Shown: one piece after another, positions 1 through 25,102 of the stretch | Layout of the letters: every line of letters starts with the position of its first letter | Position numbering within the stretch: position 1 is the first letter of the stretch | Source of the DNA: Amoebidium appalachense | Taxonomy: Eukaryota; Protista; Ichthyosporea | Direction: 5' to 3' | NCBI GenBank assembly: GCA_963693365.1 | Contig: CAVNZM010000005.1 | Location: 10,687,728 to 10,751,727, forward strand | DNA length: 64,000 nucleotides | Program-made: the position numbers and the translations under genes | Notes under the pieces: generated by a model | The model's input: only the letters and a program-made list of their open reading frames with translations | Told to the model about the DNA's origin: nothing | The model's database searches: none

Positions 1-160
1 CCGGTTTATCGGTCATTCATTCAGGCCTAAATGCTACTTGATGCGCATCTCGCCAATGATTAAGTATAAATCTCTTTTAGGTCTGACCCGATTCTGACCC
101 GATTCGATATTAGAAATCCTGAAAGAAATCCGCTTTAACTGTTGTGGTGAAAATGCACAG

Positions 161-13436
<13,276 letters not shown>

Positions 13437-14193
13437 CTGAGCTGGGTTTTCCTATGTTGTGATTTAAACACATTTGAGTAGAGGTGTGTTTGGCATTTAA
13501 CAGTTAGAAATTGATACTGTGGTGGATGAATTTTGTGTATCGTTTTGTGAGTTTTGAGACGCTGCATGTATGGTAGAGCAACTACCTTTATGCTGTTTCG
13601 AATTTCCGAAGAAATTTAATAATCACGCGTAGCTGCACACCCTGAATTGTGCAGGTTTTGCAGACGCGAGACGTTGCCAAAGTCTTCTTGTAGAGCTATT
13701 ATGGACAGCTCTCCTGAAAAAAAAAAAAAAAGAGAGAGATAGAGAAACACAATTTAACATGCAGATATATGTGAATGAATGAATATTTAGTAGTGCAGAT
13801 TAGTCTCGACTTTGCAACTGCTTCAAAGCCACGGTCACGGACTACTCCCTTAAAAACTTTTATGTATGATACCGACTATTTACGCTGATACATGTGTGAA
13901 AAATGTATGGAAATTCCAACAACCCTAGATGTGATCGATATCGACAGATACAATGGCTGCACTGGCCACGTGCCATGACAACGTGCCCTGATTAACATGG
14001 TGAGCTAAACATATGGTGACAGCTGTTTGAAGAAAAAGACCAAAGGACTGTCCTAGCGGATAAATAAAAGACATCATGAAATAAAGCTGGCACAGAAGCT
14101 CTTGAACAGTTACTGCGCATAGCAAGGCTTGCTTCCCAGCAACATATGACATCGATGTCGTGGGGCAGCAGCGCCCCGGCCCCCTCCCCTTCT

Positions 14194-14224
<31 letters not shown>

Positions 14225-14790
14225 CCCCCCCTCCCCCCTGCACCCCCCTCCCCCCCCTCCCCCCCTCCCCCCCCCTCTCCCCTCCGGGCGGCCACCATCG
14301 CGCGTCCGCCCGCCTGCGGTGAGCCTACCAGGCCACATGTTTGAGGTAACACACCCGCACCACCCACAGTGTGACGACCACTTGACACCAACCAGTGTCA
14401 AGAGGGGACGTGTACAGAACGATCATTCCCCATCCACCTGCACGGTACGTATACAATGTTGTTACTAGTCGGATATGACATCAACTATACACCTGCACTG
14501 GCCACCAACATATATGATCCCATCCCTGCGGGCCTGCCGGGCTCCCTCCCTCCCCCCTCCGGATCCACCCCCCTCCACCCGAGCCCCCTCCCTTCCCCCC
14601 TCCTCCCCCCCTCCCCCCCCCCCCACACACACGCACATACACGCACGCAAACACACATACATGTACACATGCCTAGCAAACTTTGGGAGAGCCACGGTTG
14701 TTTTTTTTTTGTTTTTTTTTTGTTTTTTTTTGGCGCGCGCTCGGAGGGGGGGGGGGAGGGGAGGGGGGGGGCGGGACTCGTGGTGTGGGG

Positions 14791-14841
<51 letters not shown>

Positions 14842-15430
14842 TCGGAGGGGAAGGGGGGGGGGGGGGGGGAGGGGGGGGGGGGGGGGGGGGGGAGAATGAC
14901 GGAGAAACATGAAGAGTACATATTGGTAGAAGAAGGAAGAGAAGACACGAAGAAGAAGGAGAAGAAAAAGAAGGTTTTCTGAAGTCACAAAGTTTATCGA
15001 TCGATTTGGTCGGGCTGCCCCAGGGACAAAAGCCCGCCAAAAAAAATAAACCCAATAAAAAAGGTTCATCAATCTATATATGGCTGTTTGAGAACGAAAT
15101 CATTGGCTACTTTGGTTCCCTGATTCCCTGATATGGCTGATAAGCCACCAGGGTAAAGTAACTTTGGAAAAGCTGTAATTTGAAGAACTGGTTCACTAAA
15201 ACCCCTTTTTGATTCCACATAAAATGGCTTTTGTGGCCCCCCCTATTTCAACACTTACATCAAACGCTCTTTTTGCAAGATCTCCCAGTTGACACTTGGG
15301 CGTTGCTGTCACATGTTTTTGCGACTGTGTCCCACACACATTTTTTAGTTTTTTGGCTCCAAAACTCACACACACCTACACCAAACACCACACAAGTCCA
15401 CACACATTCCCTCACCCAGAAATATCAACC

Positions 15431-16579
15431 ATGCTTGCCACGACCACTTCTCGGGCCTCCAGCGTCGCTGCCCCCGCTCTCACACGCATCGCCACCGTTG
15501 CCCAACGTAACATGTCTACCCGCCAGCCCCCATACAAGATCGGTGTTATCCCTGCGGATGGCATCGGTAAGGAGGTTATGCCCGCCGCTCAGCTGGTTGT
15601 GGAGGCGCTGAAAACCCCCGTGACATGGGTTCCCCTCGAGGCCGGGTTTGAGCTTTTCCAGAAAACCGGTAAGGCACTTCCCGAAGAGACGATCCGTGTT
15701 CTGAAGGAGGAGTGTGATGGTGCCCTCTTCGGTGCTGTGAGCTCTCCCTCTCACAAGGTAGCGGGCTACTCCTCCCCTATCGTCGCTCTGCGCAAGCACC
15801 TGGACCTTTACGCAAACGTCCGCCCGGTCGTGTCTGCACCCATTCCCGGCAGTCTCCCCGGCATTGATGCCGTTATCGTGCGCGAGAACACAGAGTGCCT
15901 GTATGTTAAGAAGGAGAAAATTATGGACACCCCGGAGGGCAAATTCGCTATTGCCGAGCGCCACATCACCGAGAAGGCATCCAAGAGAATCGCCCGCCTG
16001 GCATACCAGATTGCCCTTCAGCGCGCATCCCTCTACAACCGCCCCGGTAAGGTGACCATCGTTCACAAGAGCAACGTTTTGAGCGTGTCTGACGGTCTTT
16101 TCCGTGAGTCTTGCCTCGAGGTCGCAAAGGAGTCCGAGCTCCACTCCATCAAGACCGAGGAGCAGCTGGTGGATTCGTGCGTCTACCGCCTCTTCCGCGA
16201 CCCCCAGAGCTTCGATGTTCTCGTTGCCCCCAACATGTACGGTGACATAGTGAGTGATGGAGCCGCCGCTGTTGTGGGTGGGCTGGGTATTGTTGCCAGC
16301 TCCAACCGGGGTGATAACTTCGTTATGGGTGAGCCGGTTCACGGTAGTGCCCCGGACATCTACGGCAAGGGCATTGCCAACCCCATTGCCATGATTCGCA
16401 GTGCTGGGCTTCTTCTGGAGTCGCTTGGTGAGGGCAAGCGCGCCATTGCCATGGAGCAGGCTGTCCAGAAGTGCATGGCTGATGGCCGCGTCACCCCCGA
16501 CCTGGGCGGCAAGCTGTCGACTATGGCCGTTGCTGAGGCAGTGGCTAAGGAGGCTCAGGCCATCTTCTCCAAGATGTAA
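15431..16579 (+). CDS. LYS12: Homoisocitrate dehydrogenase, mitochondrial (alpha-aminoadipate lysine pathway), intronless
   Basis: ATG 15431 in context CAACCATG; Arg/Ser/Thr/Ala-rich presequence. Motifs IGVIPADGIGKEV, GALFGAVSSPSHKVAGYSSPIVALRKHLDLYANVRPV (HIcDH-type), VRENTECLY, VHKSNVL, PNMYGDIVSD, EPVHGSAPDIYGKGIANPIA. Confidence 0.92.
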   Translation: MLATTTSRASSVAAPALTRIATVAQRNMSTRQPPYKIGVIPADGIGKEVMPAAQLVVEALKTPVTWVPLEAGFELFQKTGKALPEETIRVLKEECDGALFGAVSSPSHKVAGYSSPIVALRKHLDLYANVRPVVSAPIPGSLPGIDAVIVRENTECLYVKKEKIMDTPEGKFAIAERHITEKASKRIARLAYQIALQRASLYNRPGKVTIVHKSNVLSVSDGLFRESCLEVAKESELHSIKTEEQLVDSCVYRLFRDPQSFDVLVAPNMYGDIVSDGAAAVVGGLGIVASSNRGDNFVMGEPVHGSAPDIYGKGIANPIAMIRSAGLLLESLGEGKRAIAMEQAVQKCMADGRVTPDLGGKLSTMAVAEAVAKEAQAIFSKM

Positions 16580-17108
16580 TCTCTCTCCCTCCGCACGTAT
16601 CCACACATTCTCACCTTTGTCTGCCCAACCCCCCCCCCCCCCCCCCCCCGGTCTACCTTCTCTTACAGAGTATTTCTAGAGGGTTCTCGGGATTGCAAGC
16701 CCTATTTGTTTCGTAGCTTAGTTTATAAAAGTGTGGGCTGGGGCAGATTTTCGGAGACACGGTAGGTTTTTGGGTTTAACCGTGTTTAATACCAATAGGA
16801 AATCCCCTTTTTAAGAAATCTCGAAGATAAAGAGGCTTGACTTTGGCCCCTATAAGAAACCATTCACTGTTTTTGTGACACAACACATGCTGCCGACATT
16901 TCTGTTTCATTGGCATGGATTATGGTTTTGAAGTGTAGTAGTATGTCGGTGTTCGGACCGTATACACCTGCAAGTACTGTAACAGACTTTTTATGGCTAT
17001 CAAAGATTACAGGAGCCTGGTGCCCATTGCAATGCATGCCACGTACTTAATCCTGTCGCTCTTACCATGTCGCGGACTCCATGAGAACTGAAATCTCCTC
17101 CTTTTCCT

Positions 17109-17142
<34 letters not shown>

Positions 17143-19547
17143 CGCCCGCCCTGCCTGCCCTTTCCGCGGCAAATGGTGCATGCTCTTTGTGTGTGCTTTG
17201 CATAACTGTGCCGTGGTTTCCGATGTGACTTTGTACTTTGTGCTCAGTAACATATTCTAACACCAGGGCCCTCCGACCCCTCCACCGCACCGCCCAATAA
17301 TGTTTTCTCTTTGTGTGTGTGTGCTTTCTAATATCTGCCTTGTGTTGTCTGCGTTGTGTGTGTGCTATGCATTCGGTTAAACATTCTATCCTCCCCCTCT
17401 CCGTCTCCCCCCCCTCCACACACACACACAAATGTATACACCCCTCTAAGACACGCCTTATATTGGACCCCCGTTACGGATTCTGAGCTCTCCGCACGTT
17501 GTGTGGTTGTAAAACCGGCACCAATTAGGTGCTAGGTCTCACTTACATGTTGTGAAATCCTGTCTCATACTGTGCCTCTCAATCTACTGATCGATCACCG
17601 TACTCCCTCCATCCCCCCCGCCCCCCCTCTTTCTCCCTGCCCAAACACACATACACACGCGCACACGCACCCGTGTGCACACACACACACACACAAACAC
17701 GAAACACACGCACACACAAGCGCGCACACAGACACACCTTTACATGTGTTTTTGTCACAGTTTCCAATTGGTCCGTGTTTTTGTTCTGGCAGTGCCCTGC
17801 TTACACTTTTTTTTCCTACTGGATAAAGCCTGGAACTCAACGTGCAACTCCCCCTCTCCCCCCATCCCCCCCCCTCTCGAAGCTTCGACTGTACACACAT
17901 ACACACTCACATAATCACACACACACACACACACACTCACTCACACACACACAACAGTCACCGTGATACTTCAAGCGCATAGACATGTGTGTGCACACGG
18001 GTGTGAGTGTGGGAAAACTGACACATGACACATAAATCTATTAGTGAACTTGTGGCCAATCTTGCATGAACCTGGAGAACTAGTCATTGACCATCAATGG
18101 CTTGTGTCATGCATACATCAATCAATCACGTCTCCACAGACAATTTCTCTTAGATGTGCCACAAGTGAGGCCTATGTTTTTAGACAGTGTGGCTTATACC
18201 AGTGAATCTCCTTCGAACTTCAAGTTTTCGTACATGTTAGGTAGCAACTTCAAGGTTGAGAATGTCCCAGACACACTTATTATATATGTTTATATAAAAC
18301 TTTGACAAACTTTACATAGGAATATTGCAGGGGGTTTCATGGTTTATTATTCAAACCCAGATGAAAAGGGATTTGAATTTGCCTGGGACTCTCTGGGAAT
18401 ATCGAGTACACTCGAAAGGCCGGCTCATAAATTGCACTTCGGATCAACAAGTGAATATCCACTTCAGAAATTCTGCTACCTTTTGGGGCAGCTCTTATTT
18501 TTCAAGGCAGAGAAAACTTTCCTTCCGAAGCGACTGATCACGTGCCAACTCATACCCTTGGAAACCAATTCTTTTAACTGTTTTTTTTTAAAGAAATAGA
18601 GTATGCTTGCAATTCATACGGCGGCTGAGGCCACGTACAGTCGTACGTGGCAGGTTGGAATTCCTCCGAATGATTCCAAACTTTTCACAACAATTGCAAG
18701 CAAAGCAGGTCTAGGGCAACGTTTCAGAATCGGGGTTGCAGCTTGATTGCTAGTAGTCTGACTTGTATGGAAGCCGCCGAAGAAATAAATAGCTAAGTAC
18801 CCCTTCTATTGCTACCCTGGGCCCCACCCTTCCTCCCCCCTCCCCTCCCTTTTGGTAGCCATAAGAACAATTGCAAGTTCCTCTAATAGCAAAAATCCCG
18901 GTACCGCAGGCCTATCATAATATCTTTCTGTAGGCACAAGCTACTGACCCTCCCCCCTCCCCCCCTCCCCCCCCCCCCCCCCCCCCCCCCCCCTCCTCCC
19001 CCCCCCCCCCCCCCCCCCCCCCCCCCTTCCCCTTGCGGTAGTCATATGGACATATCACCCCGTCGAGCCAGACTCTGAGGCATAGCTTTGTGGTACGCGA
19101 TAAGAAACCCCCCCCCCCCCCACCCCCCCTCCTCCCCCCCCCCCCCCGCCCCTCCCCCCCCCCCTCCCCTCCTCTCCCCAGGGTGGGTGTAGTTCTTGTG
19201 GCTCCCAGATGTGGTTAGGCCCCGAGCCCCGGGGAGAGTTTCTCTAATGGCTACCACAAGGAAGGATGGAGGAGGGGGGGGGGGGGGGGGGGGCTCTTGT
19301 GGAAATTTACGGGCACCTGAAACATTGCAACTTTTCAAGAATATTTATGTAGTCAATGACATCACTAATCCGGTTCAGAATCTGCCTATCGATATCTGGC
19401 AAACATCGTCACATATGGCTTTTGTTCAGCACAGTGTTATAGGCACGGTTTCCCACTGAATGGGTGACTGAATGACGATCATGCATGGTTTCTATTGAAT
19501 AGCGCATACTATGTGCAACCTGGCCCACGGCAAAGTATGCGTGTGCT

Positions 19548-19678
19548 GCTGGCCAACCTACATTCGAAAAATATATACAAAGCGCTGGCCACTACTCTTG
19601 GCCAACCTACATATCGAACAGAGCCATTAATTGGTCAAACTACATTAGCGAAAATATATACCAGAGCTACTTTTGGCT
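19548..19678. repeat. Degenerate minisatellite with TGG(C/T)CAA(C/A)CTACAT core
   Basis: tggccaacctacat (19550, 19599) and tggtcaaactacat (19632); aaaatatatac follows the first and third copies. Confidence 0.6.
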
Positions 19679-19961
19679 TAAGAGAATATACGTCGAGAAG
19701 CGGGCACCACAATCACAGTCCAAAACCGTTCAGTTATTCATACCATCATAACCTTACGGTAATATAATGCATTAGACCAAAAACACCATCATACCTAATA
19801 TTGGTTATATGGCAAGTGAACCCGACATAGCACCCGACATACGTCACGAAGGTAGTATCCTGTGTGTAGGTTTTGAATCTATCACTGTGTGAGTGTGCGC
19901 ACCCGTGTGCGTGCTGTGTGCGTGCATGTGTGCCATGTGTGTGTGACACTGTGTGTGTGCG

Positions 19962-19994
<33 letters not shown>

Positions 19995-20239
19995 TACGGT
20001 GTGTGTGTGTGTGTGTATGTCCTGTGTATCTGTATGTGTGCGCGCGCGCGAATGTGTGGGTGTGTGAGGGTGAGCGTGTATGTGTGAGTGAGTGTGTGTG
20101 AGTGTGTGTGTGTGTGTGTGCGTGTGTATGTACATGTATGCAAATGTGCTTTTGTGTGTCTGTGTATGTGTGTATCCCCGGGTGTGTGTGTGTGCATGTG
20201 CCACGGTGGCACGGTGTACCGAAGATTGTGCATGCATAA

Positions 20240-21312
20240 ATTTGTGCCTGTGTATACATTCCTACTTTTTGTGATGGCATGTGCTTGCTAGTAGGCGTGT
20301 GTGTGGGTATGTTTGCGCAAGTGTTAGTGAGTGAGCCGGCGGGTGTTGAGATCTGAAGGGATATGCAGTGAGGGGGGACCGGGGGGAGGGGAAGAGGGGG
20401 GTCCCCGGAGGGAGCGTCAGGGGACCGGGGAGAAGGGGGGGGGGGGGGGGAGGGGGGAGGGAAGGGAGGGTTTGATGTATGCATTAGGCGGTTGGAAGTA
20501 TGGCAGTGGAGATTTCAGAAGACATTGCCAAGGCACATAATGATACCATCACAAAGAGTCTTCAGTATCATGATGTTACTGCGGGGGGGGGGGGGGGGGA
20601 GGGGGGGGGGGGGGGGGGGGGGGACGGGTGTAGAATGGAGACCTGTATGAAAATGTGTTCCTTTAAAATGTTTGTGGCATATCCGTGCGGTTGTTTTTGT
20701 ATGTGTAGGCACGTGTGTGTGTGTGTGTGTGTGTTGGGGCGGGGGGAGATTGAGAGAAGTGCATGAAGGAGAACGAAACATTACATCAATCGAGAGAGAG
20801 TGTGTGAAGTTCCTGGCTTTTGTGTATATGTACGTGCTCGCTAGCAGGTGTGTGTGTGGAGTTTTTGCGCGAGCATTAGTAAGCGAGCCGGGTGTTGGGT
20901 GGGATATGCAGTGGGGGGGCCAGGGGGGGGGGGGGGAAGGGGGGGGAGGGGGGGGGGGGGGGGGGAGGGGGGGGAGGGCTCCGGGGGGGGGGGGGGGGGA
21001 AGATGGGAAGAGGAGACCGGGGGAAGGGGGGGGGGGGGGGGGGGAGGGAGGCGGGGGGATGGTTGGATTGATGTATGCATATAAGAGGGTTGGAAATATG
21101 GCAGTGGAAACTTCAGAGGGGTTTACGCTGTTTACTCGAGGCAAAGAGAAACCAGTCTCAGGTATGGGGGGGGGTTTTGCTCGGAATATCCCCTCAGCGG
21201 TATATCATGAACACGTACATAGATGTCGGGTGATGACTATATATCAGGGTTTACTTTCTCTACGAGACACCATAAAGACTACAAGGAGAAATCAATTAGT
21301 TGGGGCTCCCCG

Positions 21313-21345
<33 letters not shown>

Positions 21346-21376
21346 GGGCTCCCCTGGGACACTCGGTATCAGCTGG

Positions 21377-21417
<41 letters not shown>

Positions 21418-22900
21418 CGTGCGCTATAATTTTGTAGTGATGTGTTTCTCAAGCCAATCAATACATCTAATAAACAGGTCGTAGTTACGCGTGTTTAGTA
21501 TAAAATCAAGGATGTTGTAATTTACAGGTAGGCTATCTTTCTGGGTGTCTGTTGTGAATGTGACGTGTGTGTGTTGCGGTATTATGTGGTCTATCAAACT
21601 ACATTTGGCGATACATGACCGGTTAAACTGGTGTGTGTGTGTGTTGTTTGGGCATGCAAATGATGCCACCTTATACTTATTAGATCTCCACTGTATAGCA
21701 CGTGTACAGTAAAAGCGTGGTAATTGATCAATAATACCATCAGCTAGAGAAAGACCAGTTCTACAGGAAGGTAATATGTATTTAGGTGTTATACATTTGC
21801 GAGTGCCATATTTGGCAATATGGTTGAGGCGGTCAGTATATATAAAACGAGACATAAGGCTTAGTTTTTCAAGGTGTATGCTTTCATCGGGTCTAGTGTC
21901 GTGTGGTATCTTTTTCCATTTGTTATATTGCGTGATTATCTTGTGATTGTGTACATGTTTAATAAGTAAGTGGCAGTCCAAAGTCACACACACACTATTG
22001 CGGGGTTTATTTGTATTTGTGCCCAGGGGAGAAGGGGAGAGAGAGGGGAGGAGAGAGGGGAGGAGAGAGGGGAGGAAAGAGGGGAGAGGTGAGGAGGGGA
22101 CAGGTCGGATAGAGAAGAGAGGGTGGGAGGGCAAATACTTCTTTAAGCGGCTTATGTGCTTATTGAATTTCAGCGCGAGATAGGATACTCTAGCAGCTAT
22201 TGGGACCAGACCATATATCGAGAGCGTTACAGGCCCAGGTTTACAACAGTTGTTAGATAGAAAGGAGGCAACTTCTGCTTCAAGGAAATTTGCCAAGGGT
22301 TTAAGCGCTCTAGTTCTCTCTTTCTTGATCCAAGCGGCGAGAAGGGGTAAACCATATTCACATGCCGGGAAGACAAAAGTGCGAATAAATGTAAGTCTAA
22401 TAGAAGGATGGAGGGGTGTGTCTTTAAAAATATTAGCCGAGAAGAAAGCTAACCGCTTACGAGCCAACTCTACCCTCTTTTCGACCATATGGGGAAACAT
22501 AACACCAACAGAATCAACCGGAACACCAATATATTTGTATTCTGGAACTATAGGTACAGGTTTAGATGATAATGTAAATGTGTGTAAATTGTTAGCTATA
22601 TCAGGTACAAGAACACCACATTTGTCTATGTTAAGGATCATAAGGTTTGCCTTGCACCAGACAAGGCACACTGATGATACAATAACATCACAACTTCTTT
22701 AGTAGTATGCATAAGATCATAAGTGGTAATTGATCATTGAGGGAGGGGCCCGACTAGGGAACGGGTGGGGGGGGGGGGGGGGGGGGGGGAGGGAGAGGGG
22801 GGGGGGGAGGGAGGGGGGACAGGGAAGAATGAGGCATGTATGAATGTGTTCTTCATATGTTTGTGGCATCCCGGTGTGTGTGTATGTGTATGTGTAAGCA
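20240..22900. repeat. Diverged ~0.55-kb direct duplication; second unit interrupted by the retroelement
   Basis: gggatatgcagtg, tgatgtatgcat and ggttggaa(g/a)tatggcagtgga..(t)ttcaga occur at 20358-20519 and 20901-21117. caaggcaca..atgatac and tgtatgaa..tgtgttc..atgtttgtggcat occur at 20529-20680 and 22662-22869. A partial copy lies at ~62430-62470. Confidence 0.7.
21313..22671 (-). mobile_element. 5'-truncated non-LTR retrotransposon (RT C-terminus, Cys/His knuckle-like region, 3' UTR, poly(A))
   Basis: Open frame 21424-22671 with WCKANLMILNIDKCGVL, EYKYIGV, RLTFIRTFVFPACEYG (RT domains 6-7/thumb) and CPNNTHTHQFNRSCIAKC; short 3' UTR, then a 29-nt poly(A) (T run 21313-21341). Confidence 0.85.
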
Positions 22901-22942
22901 TATGTGTATTTGCGCGCGGCGTGCGTGTGTGTGTGTGTGTGG

Positions 22943-22973
<31 letters not shown>

Positions 22974-23137
22974 AGGTTATTTTTATTTTTATTTTTTTAT
23001 TTTATCCCGTTTCACTCCCGGCGAGGCACTGTCTCAGGGGAGCTTACCGTCTTCCGCCTATTTAGACACAGATCGTACTGTATAGCACACTTCTAAGTCA
23101 GGACTCTAATTGACCCACACACCGGCACAAACATAAA

Positions 23138-24258
<1,121 letters not shown>

Positions 24259-25102
24259 CCGGCGCCCCCCCCCCCCCCCCCCCCTTCTCCCTCCCTCCCC
24301 CCCCCCCCCCCCTCCCCTCCCCCCCTTGGGGCTCCTGTCACACCCTGTCCCTTAAGGTGATTCAAAAAAACTACCTACACTGACTTCTGATTAGACTCTC
24401 GATATCGACATCCCATATGATGCGCACGGCCCCACTTGCTGCATGCACTGTGATGTCGGATCGATCGGCTTTTCAATGTTTCTCACGTGCGGCGTGTGCA
24501 CGGATAGAAATTCCTACTATATTGTGGTAATAAAATGTGCTCGCAATTAAAACAATTATAACCGAAATGAACACCTTGCACACACAAATTTTCGAACAGA
24601 AAAATCATCTCATGGTCACGCAAGCCGCGAAAACCTCCTGTCAGGCCAAACCGGAACGTTGTTTTAGATCAAAATGCATACCAGGGGTCTAAAGAACCAA
24701 TAAGAGTATTGGAAAAAATAAAGGCGCAAATCAATGGTATTTCAGTAGACTGATTGTAAACTCCCAAAGGAGTCAAAGTTTTAGATAAAGCCCCACTATT
24801 CCAATGTTTTTTCCGACTTTTTACCCCCTTTATAATAAATTACAGCTTTTTTTAAACATTGTTTTGATACAGCGAACAATAATATTAGATCGTTGGTATG
24901 TTCAGTGGTTTCGAACGTCGCTCCTTGTGCATGTACAAGTTTCGCATATCCGCAGTCTGCCACACACACACCTCGGGCTACTCAAAGCACCGGCAGGTCT
25001 GTTTATTCCTCTCGAAATCATATTTCTTTTTTCCTTCTTTCTTCTCAGGTAGAATACACAAAACACCTGCACTTGGCTGTTTTCTAGGTAACCCACTTCA
25101 CA

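Noticed and set aside
15425-16606. 393-aa antisense ORF over HIcDH
   Set aside because: It mirrors the sense codons of a gene with strong C/G-ending bias and has no recognisable motifs; an expected shadow ORF
16960-18600. Scattered exon-like blocks and the 86-aa ORF at 18339-18599
   Set aside because: Joined frames hit stops and no homology was recognisable
19548-19678. Second repeat-spacer-like cluster
   Set aside because: The spacers resemble each other, so it is a degenerate minisatellite
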